DNA of 63,245 nt, filler included, from Octopus bimaculoides (taxonomy: Eukaryota), in the NCBI RefSeq assembly GCF_001194135.2. It is 9 parts of 8 records of this genome, joined end to end, with 100 filler letters (N's around TTAATTAATTAA, not from the genome) between each part and the next. Parts side by side here need not be neighbours in the genome. Positions count along the whole stretch, not along the records: positions 50,975 to 56,684 come from NC_068981.1; positions 56,785 to 60,237 come from NW_026424041.1; positions 60,338 to 63,245 come from NC_068981.1; 6 more parts are not named here. The stretch is one strand, 5' to 3'. The notes under the pieces are model-generated. The model did no database searches, was not told the origin of the DNA, and saw nothing but the letters and a program-made list of their open reading frames with translations. The position numbers were made by a program, and so were the translations under genes. The first letter of the stretch is position 1, and every line of letters starts with the position of its first letter. Below are positions 53,925 through 63,245 of the stretch, in pieces.

Positions 53925-54207
53925 TTAATAATAATGAAGAATAATAATCATAATGATAATAATAATGATAATAATAATAATAATAAGAAGAAGAAGAAGA
54001 AGAGGAAGAAGAAGAATTTTCACAATGTTCGTAAGATTCTGTCCGAATATCCTGTAAGACTGAAGGGGTGGGATACGGGCCCACGAATGATGAAGTCAAA
54101 GATGGAAAAACAACACCAAAACTAAATGCGGGAAACCGACCATCATCATCATCATCAGCTGCAGCAGCAGCTTCGTCGTCGCGGTCGTAATCGTCGTTAT
54201 CTTCATA

Positions 54208-54335
54208 TAGCATTCACATCTGTAAAAAAGATACACATATACATACATATACATATATATACATACATACACAGCCACCCACTCATACACTCGCATATGC
54301 AGACACACACGTACACACGCATCACACACACACGT

Positions 54336-54386
<51 letters not shown>

Positions 54387-54926
54387 TATAGGAACACGTA
54401 AAGGAAAATGACGTTAAATGATTAAAAGTGAAACAGAAATTTACGACAATGATATTAAGAAATAAATGTATTTCGCAAACATCGCAATGAAAGCAATATG
54501 TAAGTCATAAAATTCGTTTACTCAAGACAATCTGAGAGATAGCACCAGACAAAGTACAGCTAAGTTAGATAAATTATTAGGACACACTGACAAAGGGGTA
54601 AATATCAGCCAGAGCGTGATAAACGCCACATGTAGCATTCACATCTGTAAAAAAATACACATGTACATACATGCACACTCACCCATTCATATACTCACAT
54701 ATGCAGACACACACGTACACGCATCACACACACACACATACACACATGCACATACACACACACACACACATACACACACATACATATGTATATATATACA
54801 TAAGTATAGGAACACGTAAAGAAAAACGACGTTAAAATGATTAAAAGTGTAAAATAGGAAGTTACGACAATAATATCAAGAAATAAATGTATTTAGCAAA
54901 CATCGGAATGAAAACAATATGTAAGT
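54208..54926 (+). repeat. Diverged direct duplication (about 300-bp copies, 425-bp offset)
   Basis: TAGCATTCACATCTGTAAAAAA..AATATGTAAGT at 54208-54505 and 54633-54926. Confidence 0.9.
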
Positions 54927-54929
54927 GTA

Positions 54930-55012
<83 letters not shown>

Positions 55013-55542
55013 TGCATTTGCGTAAATGTGTATAGCAAAATATATCGGTTGAATAAAGTAACAACATGGCCTGCTTTTAATGTTTTTTATTATTGCATTT
55101 TAAAAAGAATTATGCAATGTTGAAGTCAGTTAAAAATTGAAAGAAATGTTTAGTAATGTTCATAAATTTCAATTAGCGTTTTCATACACTTGTAGTAATC
55201 ATTAGATTTCAAAATGTATTGACTGCCAGTTTAGGCTACCTGTGGTCTACCTGGTGTCATATGTAGTCGGGGTTTATTTCCGTTGAATCTACTTCAGGAA
55301 CTCCGCAGTCTTAGTTGAGATAATAATAATAATTTCTTACGTAACCGGAAGATGGATTTGCTATTAATCTTTCTTAAAGTTTAATACGAAATCCATCTTC
55401 TTGTTACTTAAGAAATTATTATTATCGTTATCGTTATTATTATTATTATTATTATTACTATTATTAATATAGAAAGGATTGAGGTAACTCCTCCTGAAGA
55501 TATAGAGTCAAAATTAAAAGAAGAGTGCCATTTGTTATCTGG

Positions 55543-55583
55543 TGAACGATATTTCGACATCTCGTGTGTCTTCAACTGGTTCA
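55543..55583 (-). ncRNA. Hammerhead-fold motif with variant core CAGUUGA
   Basis: UGAAC-CAGUUGA-A-GACA(CACGAGA)UGUC-GAA-AUAU-C-GUUCA. Confidence 0.55.
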
Positions 55584-56039
55584 AAAAATAAATTTGTCAA
55601 TCTACTTCATTTTGGTTAATATAGAAAGGATTGAGGTAACTCCTCCTGAAGATATAGAGTCAAAATTAAAAGAAGAGTGCCATTTGTTNNNNNNNNNNNN
55701 NNNNNNNNNNNNNNNNNNNNNNNNNNNNNNNNNNNNNNNNNNNNNNNNNNNNNNNNNNNNNNNNNNNNNNNNNNNNNNNNNNNNNNNNNNNNNNNNNNNN
55801 NNNNNNNNNNNNNNNNNNNNNNNNNNNNNNNNNNNNNNNNNNNNNNNNNNNNNNNNNNNNNNNNNNNNNNNNNNNNNNNNNNNNNNNNNNNNNNNNNNNN
55901 NNNNNNNNNNNNNNNNNNNNNNNNNNNNNNNNNNNNNNNNNNNNNNNNNNNNNNNNNNNNNNNNNNNNNNNNNNNNNNNNNNNNNNNNTCAATCCTTTCT
56001 ATATTAACCAAAATGAAGTAGATTGACAAATTTATTTTT

Positions 56040-56080
56040 TGAACCAGTTGAAGACACACGAGATGTCGAAATATCGTTCA
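56040..56080 (+). ncRNA. Hammerhead-fold motif with variant core CAGUUGA (identical copy)
   Basis: Same sequence as 55543-55583, opposite orientation. Confidence 0.55.
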
Positions 56081-56135
56081 CCAGATAACAAATGGCACTC
56101 TTCTTTTAATTTTGACTCTATTATTATTATTATTA

Positions 56136-56209
<74 letters not shown>

Positions 56210-56496
56210 GTGTATGTGTGTGCGTATGTGCGTGCGTGCGCGCGAGATGAGCTTTTTTCAGTTCTCCCAAATCCACAAGCAATGTTTTAGTCGGTCCGAG
56301 ACCATATTAGGAGATACTTGCCCTAGGTGCCACGTAATGGAACTGAAACCAGAACCATAAGGTTAGGAAGCAAATTACTTACGACACAGGCACGCTTGCA
56401 CGTTTCCTACTATAAGTATACACATACACAAAAACACACACACTCACATATATATAGATGTATACAAGTGTATACATTGTATACACACACACACAG

Positions 56497-56536
<40 letters not shown>

Positions 56537-58194
56537 GATTATATTATATTTATCTTATGATATTTACTTTACTTTATATTATACTCATTTATTGTTCTTT
56601 TAATTATTAATTTTTCTATATGTGATAGTGGATTTTCATCGATGAGTTCTTGAAAATTGGTTATTTTTCCTAAAACTATATATANNNNNNNNNNNNNNNN
56701 NNNNNNNNNNNNNNNNNNNNNNNNNNNNTTAATTAATTAANNNNNNNNNNNNNNNNNNNNNNNNNNNNNNNNNNNNNNNNNNNNAAATAACATTTCCCCG
56801 CTCTAATAAAACCTAAATTTCCTCTTTCTACGAACTTTACAAATCCTTTCAACTCCTACTTCTCTTATGAACGTTTACGAACGATAACTCCTACTTTCTC
56901 TTATGCATACAAAGTCATAGATTAAACTTTGCTTTTAGTTACGCTGTATGTAAACAAACAAGTTTGTTTTTCGAAGCGCTGAAATGTATGGTAGTACAAG
57001 TAGGAAGATAGATTTTATTCAACGCATAGATACTGAACAGTATACATATAAGGGATAAAATCCTTTTTTCTTTTTAAAAGCATCTATTACACTATTTTCC
57101 TTTTGTTTCTTAACTCCCGTAAGGCGTCTCAGAACATTCACGCTTTAGTTTGACCGACAGGATAACACATTGAAAAATCACTGAACTTCATTACAAATGT
57201 GGGTAATTTTTCAGATTAACACTAGCACGATTTTCACTAGGGTGTTAGGGTTACGGTTAGGGGGTAGTCTTCAAGTTTAGGGATAAAAAAAAAAGTAAAT
57301 AAAAATCAAGTGAAGTAACTGAACGTCTTACTGTCTTACCAGTATTATCCGTAATACTCTGTTTATAAATAAATCACACACGTGATTTGATTGAAGTTAA
57401 CTGAGAGATCGAAAATGCCTCGTGGAAGACCGGAATATTTTTATTTACTTTTTTTAAACTCTCTAAACTTGAAGATTACCTTATTTTCATCTTATCTACA
57501 CGAATTTCTATGGCGGAATTCAACCCCAAAAGAAAAANNNNNNNNNNNNNNNNNNNNNNNNNNNNNNNNNNNNNNNNNNNNNNNNNNNNNNNNNNNNNNN
57601 NNNNNNNNNNNNNNNNNNNNNNNNNNNNNNNNNNNNNNNNNNNNNNNNNNNNNNNNNNNNNNNNNNNNNNNNNNNNNNNNNNNNNNNNNNNNNNNNNNNN
57701 NNNNNNNNNNNNNNNNNNNNNNNNNNNNNNNNNNNNNNNNNNNNNNNNNNNNNNNNNNNNNNNNNNNNNNNNNNNNNNNNNNNNNNNNNNNNNNNNNNNN
57801 NNNNNNNNNNNNNNNNNNNNNNNNNNNNNNNNNNNNNNNNNNNNNNNNNNNNNNNNNNNNNNNNNNNNNNNNNNNNNNNNNNNNNNNNNNNNNNNNNNNN
57901 NNNNNNNNNNNNNNNNNNNNNNNNNNNNNNNNNNNNNNNNNNNNNNNNNNNNNNNNNNNNNNNNNNNNNNNNNNNNNNNNNNNNNNNNNNNNNNNNNNNN
58001 NNNNNNNNNNNNNNNNNNNNNNNNNNNNNNNNNNNNNNNNNNNNNNNNNNNNNNNNNNNNNNNNNNNNNNNNNNNNNNNNNNNNNNNNNNNNNNNNNNNN
58101 NNNNNNNNNNNNNNNNNNNNNNNNNNNNNNNNNNNNNNNNNNNNNNNNNNNNNNNNNNNNNNNNNNNNNNNNNNNNNNNNNNNNNNNNNNNNAA

Positions 58195-58320
58195 GTGTTA
58201 CGGTTACAGTTTTAGGGTCAGGGTTAGGGTTTAAGGTTATGGTTTAGGGTTAGTGTTAGGGTTAAGTAATCATGCGGATGTTAATCCGCAAAATTACCGA
58301 AATGTGAAAACTACCGACCC
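58195..58320 (+). repeat. TTAGGG-like run followed by a short palindrome, possible Helentron-type end
   Basis: TTAGGG variants at 58195-58265 then GCGGAT-GTTA-ATCCGC; a similar run at about 57235-57290. Confidence 0.45.
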
Positions 58321-58325
58321 TGCCA

Positions 58326-58818
58326 TCTATTATAACTTTTGTTGTCCTGTTTAGTATATACATAGATTATGTCTGCAAAGAAGAGAGCTTGCTGGGGAAA
58401 GAAAGCAACCGGTTTAAAAAGACAGCAACAGACTGCAGCAATTCACCACATTTCAGAAGCTACTTTGAACATAATGCAAAATGGTGCATCAACATCTTCT
58501 GCCCAATCTGTTAGAATTCTGGCAAAAATGTGTAGCAACAGATCACCAACAATTGCTTCATCAGAAATTGCCGTCCTAGCTCCTGCGAAAAGGGATTACC
58601 CTGCTATGTATAATCAGGGCAGCGCAAAAAGTTGTTTTGCAAATATCATTTGTATAGCCAATTACACGGATGAAACTTACGTACGATTAATAATGTTACG
58701 CAAAACAGCCTTCAAACTTGCCCTTTTAATTTCATCGTCGTTTGAATTACGAACATATTTACATCATAAGTGTGGGCGTAATAAGTCACAGCCGGACAAC
58801 GTCGGGTTATACTGCTAG
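58326..58818 (+). mobile_element. Complete non-autonomous Helitron (493 bp)
   Basis: A|TCTATTATAA 5' end, CCGGAC-AAC-GTCGGG hairpin at 58792-58806, CTAG|T 3' end, inserted between A58325 and T58819. Confidence 0.85.
58369..58818 (+). CDS. 149-aa ORF of unknown function inside the Helitron
   Basis: Uninterrupted ATG-to-TAG frame; the stop is the TAG of the terminal CTAG. Expression is not shown. Confidence 0.3.
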   Translation: MSAKKRACWGKKATGLKRQQQTAAIHHISEATLNIMQNGASTSSAQSVRILAKMCSNRSPTIASSEIAVLAPAKRDYPAMYNQGSAKSCFANIICIANYTDETYVRLIMLRKTAFKLALLISSSFELRTYLHHKCGRNKSQPDNVGLYC

Positions 58819-59204
58819 TACACATATATATATGTATGTATGTATAAGTATGTCTGGTGGCAAACCAGTGACTTTCATATCATTGATGTTCCATTGAAAA
58901 GCAGACGACCGAAAGCAACAACAGAAACATCAGCAGCAGCAGACGAGAACCGCCACCACCACCACCTCCACCGCTGACTGCCACCACCACCACCGCCGCT
59001 GACTCCCACCTCCACCACCGCTGCATCCACCATCATCACCATCAGCGTTGTGTGTGCGTGTGTGCAGTCTGCATCTGACAGATTTTAACGTTTAATAATA
59101 AGATTGTTGTTGTTGTTGCAGTCACCTTTCAACTGCACACACGCACAAACCTTACCTTTCCTCCTCGCAGGGTTGTTGTTGTTGTTGTTGCTGTTGGGGT
59201 TCAT

Positions 59205-59580
59205 ACAAAATAGAAGGACACTTTAAGAAGCATTTATTAAAAGCTTTCCCATAGCTGGTCATTTTCCATGCTAGAAATAGAAACCAAGTCACTTCAAATT
59301 CACTTCATATTTCATATAAAAATTGAAAGACAGTTAAGAAGCATTTAGAAGTGAAATTTGCCTCTATAAGGTCTCATTTCATGCTAGAAACAGCCACCAA
59401 AACCTTCACATTTTTGTTTTATCACAAATAAAAATCGAAGGATAATTTACAAAGCTTCCATGTCAAATATTCTCCTATAGATGGCCTAACATTATGCTAG
59501 AAATAATAGTCAAATACTCTGAAATGTGTATCTTTTTCATAAAAAAAGTGAAGGACACTTTCAGAAGCAACTCTAAAAAT
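59205..59580 (+). repeat. Degenerate tandem array, about 112-bp period
   Basis: GAAGGACACTTT-like anchor at 59213, 59325, 59437 and 59550; ATGCTAGAAA in between. Confidence 0.75.
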
Positions 59581-59726
59581 ATCGTCCTGGGGCAGTTTAA
59601 GCGTAATATATTATAAAAGTATGCATCTATGAGTTTTATGTGTTTAAAAAACATAGCAAAGACGTGTGTGTACATGTGGGTATATATCAATATATATGTG
59701 TATAAATGTTCGTTTATGATGTATAT

Positions 59727-60017
59727 TGCTTCTTCCCTAAGAACTGGCAGAAAAATGGATATTTTTCATGGAATTTCCTACAAATATGCTTCAGATGGTG
59801 TAGATTCCGATTAATATGGGGATTTATTGGAAAAACCTTTTTTTTTCTTTCATAACAAAAGGCAAATTTTGTGAATTTTCTAAAACTGCTTTTCCCACCC
59901 AGGGACAAACGGTTTTCACAATGAATTCCGATTTCATCGGAATCTAAACCATCTGAAGCATATTTGTAGAAAATTTCATTGAAAAATATTTAATTTTGTG
60001 AAAGTTGTGAGGAAGCA
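59727..60017. mobile_element. MITE with about 85-bp inverted arms
   Basis: 59727-59811 pairs with 59936-60017 (CTACAAATATGCTTCAGATGG..TAGATTCCGAT). A related copy begins at about 60040 and runs into a gap. Confidence 0.8.
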
Positions 60018-60339
60018 AATTCGCCATAACTACAGATATATACCCCCATCGACTTTGTTTCCTCATAACTTGCGGGAAAATGGATATTTTTTAATGAAAC
60101 TTTCAACGAATAATCGCTTAGATCGTGTAGATTGAGTATTTGTAAAGGATTTATTGGAAAAACATTTTCTGAAGGGTTGCGGAAAGGAGTTTCACAAGAT
60201 TCACACCACCCCGACATTTTGACCCCTCATAAATTTCNNNNNNNNNNNNNNNNNNNNNNNNNNNNNNNNNNNNNNNNNNNNTTAATTAATTAANNNNNNN
60301 NNNNNNNNNNNNNNNNNNNNNNNNNNNNNNNNNNNNNAT

Positions 60340-60693
60340 GGCACCTGTGCCCAGCGTCGCCTTTCTGGCACTTGTGCCCGTGACATGTGTAAGGATTTTC
60401 GAGCGATATCGTTGCCAGTGCCCCTGGACTGGCTCTTGTGCGGGTGGCACATAAAATACACCATTTTGAACGTGGCTGTTGCCAGTATCGCCTGACTGGC
60501 CTTCGTGCAGGTGACACGTAAAAGCACCCGCTACACTTTCTGAGTGGTTGGCGTTAGGAAGGGCATCCAGCTGTAGAAACTCTGCCAAATCAGACTGGAA
60601 CCTGGTGTAGCCATCTGGTTTCACCAGTCCTCAGTCAAATTGTCCAAGCCATGCTAGCATGGAAAGCGGACGTTAAACGATGATGATGATGAT
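60340..60693 (+). mobile_element. RTE-associated SINE, young copy with (GAT)n tail
   Basis: GGTTGGCGTTAGGAAGGGCATCCAGCTGTAGAAAC..CATGGAAAGCGGACGTTAAACGATGATGATG. Confidence 0.8.
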
Positions 60694-60873
60694 ATATATA
60701 TTATATATATACATATATATATATAAATATATATACATATAATTAATTCAATAATAGGATAAAAACTTTTACAAGAATTTTATTAAGAAGCTAGCATGAA
60801 AAAATTCATAAGGGAAAAAAAACCCATCATTTTTTTATTCCCAAGAGTATATTTATTCATTTATATTTATATA

Positions 60874-61049
60874 AGGGCATTACTACAGAATAATGCCACA
60901 CACTAGACTTCTATAATAAACACATTTTTACCGAATGCGAGGAAAAGCAACTCTTAAAAAAACCAACCTTTTTAAAAATTGAACTCAACTATATATCGAA
61001 CGCTTTCACGATTACTAGAATAATAGGCATTATTCTGTAGTAATGCCCT
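60874..61049. mobile_element. MITE with perfect TIR (Harbinger-like or Tc1/mariner-like)
   Basis: TA-AGGGCATTACTACAGAATAATGCC ... GGCATTATTCTGTAGTAATGCCCT-TA. Confidence 0.85.
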
Positions 61050-61089
61050 TAAATAAATATATATACATATATATATATAATATATATAC

Positions 61090-61121
<32 letters not shown>

Positions 61122-61124
61122 CTT

Positions 61125-61325
61125 TGTGTCCGTGTCTGTCTCCCACCACTGCTTGATAGCCACTATTGGTGAGTTTATGTCTCTGTAACTTAGCAGTTTG
61201 GCAAAGAGATTGATCGAATAAGTACCAGGCTTAAAAAACGTACTGGGTTTGATTCATTTGACTAAAAAGTCTTCAAGACAGTGCGCCAGCATAGTTGCAG
61301 TCTAATGACTGAAACAAGTAAAAGA
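61125..61325 (+). mobile_element. Family B/C SINE 3' body
   Basis: TGTCTCCCACCACTGCTTGA..TAATGACTGAAACAAGTAAAAGA. Confidence 0.75.
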
Positions 61326-61613
61326 TAAGAGAAAAGATAAAAGATATCAGGTCAAAATATTCTACTTGTTTTTAGTACAAACTGGCTGTGTCCTTCCTGT
61401 CACACCTACCCTGTGATTTCATTCTAAAAATTATCACTTCAGCAAAATATTGAAGCTATAAGATAATACCTAATCAGTTCAAAACGAATTGTGAATAAAT
61501 AAGTGTTACATTTGACAGAGTAATCTGAATGCTTAAAGGGTTAAGTTATGGCTGTGAATCTATGTGGATGTACAAGAAAAAGAAAAGGGAATGAGGAAGG
61601 GAGGGATAGATAA

Positions 61614-61669
<56 letters not shown>

Positions 61670-61730
61670 NNNNNNNNNNNNNNNNNNNNNNNNNNNNNNN
61701 NNNNNNNNNNNNNNNNNNNNNNNNNNNNNN

Positions 61731-61769
<39 letters not shown>

Positions 61770-62294
61770 TTAGAATGTACTTGATTTTATGAACGTTACT
61801 TCAAGATTTTGTCTCCATATAGAATATCTTGAAGCCAAGCCTTTCTTGAGGTTTTACTTTGTATGCTGTACTTGAGGGATTCAAACTCAAGTACCGGAAC
61901 CCAATAAAACACTAGTACTTCTTCACCTAATGCTGGTAACACTGTTACACCAGCCATAGTACTACTGGATGGAGCCATGTTGTTTATACTGCTTTTTTTT
62001 TATTGGTTGTTAATTATTGTTTTAGAGTCTATTAGGGCCTACTGAAGCCAATTTATCTTTTGTCCTTCAGGGGAAAGGGAAAGGGAGCAATAAATAACTA
62101 ACAGTCATGTATTGGGGAAAGGAAATGGGGAAATAAATAACTACCAGTCATGTACTGGGGTTGATTCTTTTCTCTCTCAGAATTGACTATGTTGTATTAA
62201 GAGAGAAGTCATGGAAGACTCACAGGATTCTGTTCTCCAGCAAAATGAAGGGTTGTGCAAGAGGTTAGCAACTACATTTTTAGAAAAAAAAATT

Positions 62295-62615
62295 TTAATG
62301 TCCACTTTCCATGCTAGCATGGGTTGGACGATTTGACTGAGGACTGGTGAACCAGATGGCTATGCCAGGCTCCAATCTGATTTGGCAGAGTTTCTACAGC
62401 TGGATGCCCTTCCTAACGCCAACCACTCCGAGAGTGTAGTGGGTGCTTTTACATGCCACCGGCACGAAGGCCAGTCAGGAGGTACTGGCAACAGCCACGC
62501 TCGAAATGGTGTATTTTATGTGCCACCTGCACAGGAGCCAGTCCAGCGACACTGGCAACGACCTCACTTGAATGTCTTTTCACATGCCACCGGTACAAGT
62601 GCCAGGAAGGTGACG
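62295..62615 (-). mobile_element. RTE-associated SINE, inverted relative to 60340-60693
   Basis: Close reverse complement of 60340-60690. Confidence 0.85.
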
Positions 62616-63084
62616 CTGGTTACATTTTTAGAAAGAAAAAAAACTGATAAGCTACAGAAATTTCTAATGATGGACTAGTAGAAGCAAACATGAAAAGAAA
62701 TCTTTAGGGGATGGCAAAAGAAAAAAGAAAAGACAGATTGACAATTTTGTCAGAAGCCTAATGGTAGTAACACTGAGGATTAAAGCTTATTGCATAGCTT
62801 TTCAGAGCTCACTGCTATGGCTTTACTATTGACTTTAGCTAAGCACATTGGACAACATGAGATCAGTGTAATAAGCAAAAGGACCCTTGAAATAGTCATT
62901 CAGCCTTTTAGCAATAGCAGTCATATCTCCCTCAAATTGCATCCAAGTGTCACAAAAATGGAAAGGCACACTGGATAATATAGTACTAGATACTTTAGCT
63001 AAAAAATACAAAAAGCTTTTGTGTTTTGTCTGTCCTTGTTCATCCCATCTTTGTACGGCCTGTATGGCCAATTTAATGAAATAA

Positions 63085-63245
63085 AGAAGCTTGCTTCCCA
63101 GCCACATGGTTCCGGTTTCAGTCCCACTGCGTGGGCAAGTGTCTTCTACTATAACCTTGGGCTGACAAAAGGCTTGTGAGTGGATTTGGTAGACGGAAAC
63201 TGAAAGAAGCCCATCATATATATCTATATATATATATATATATAT
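63085..63245 (+). mobile_element. Family B/C SINE 5' half running into (TA)n
   Basis: AGCTTGCTTCCCAGCCACATGGTTCCGGTTTCAGTCCCACTGCG..GACGGAAACTGAAAGAAGCCC. Confidence 0.8.

Larger units (their letters stand above)
55464..56119. mobile_element. 152-bp unit in tandem plus inverted arrangement across a gap, carrying a hammerhead-like motif
   Basis: Unit starts at 55464 and 55616; inverted copy at 55989-56119; (ATT)n on both outer sides. Confidence 0.8.

Noticed and set aside
55486-55526. Possible second, opposite-polarity hammerhead in the 152-bp unit (ACUCCUC-CUGAAGA...GAAGAGU)
   Set aside because: Stem I is 6/7, but there is no stem II, GAAA reads AAAA and no UH lies before stem I, so an ambisense viroid-like claim is unsupported.
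60600-60635. CUGAGGA-CUGG(UGAAA)CCAG in the RTE-associated SINE (minus strand here, plus at about 62337)
   Set aside because: The hairpin is followed by AUGG, not GAAA, so there is no hammerhead core.

Overview
AT-rich, microsatellite-saturated, gapped (roughly 8 kb of N) eukaryotic DNA. The SINE repertoire and the TTAATTAATTAA gap spacers suggest an octopus draft assembly, possibly Octopus bimaculoides (inference, not checked). Nearly all ORFs in the supplied track are microsatellite or N artefacts. The only host coding sequence I can support is one minus-strand exon (8469-8526) encoding MSDWSAQVNEQEQGLAMR, which resembles the N-terminus of DDX19/Dbp5. The rest is mobile DNA: tRNA-derived SINEs, RTE and R4/Dong non-LTR relics, Tc1/mariner relics, hAT, piggyBac and other MITEs, a Helitron Rep relic and a complete 493-bp non-autonomous Helitron. 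The most striking signal is five unrelated repeats that each fold, by eye, into a minimal Penelope-type type I hammerhead ribozyme. Two have intact cores (2670, 26332). One sits in the tail of a tRNA-headed SINE (21737). One is a head-to-head pair (29148-29232). One lies in a 152-bp tandem and inverted unit with perfect stems but a non-canonical CAGUUGA core (55464-56119). No folding software or database search was run.
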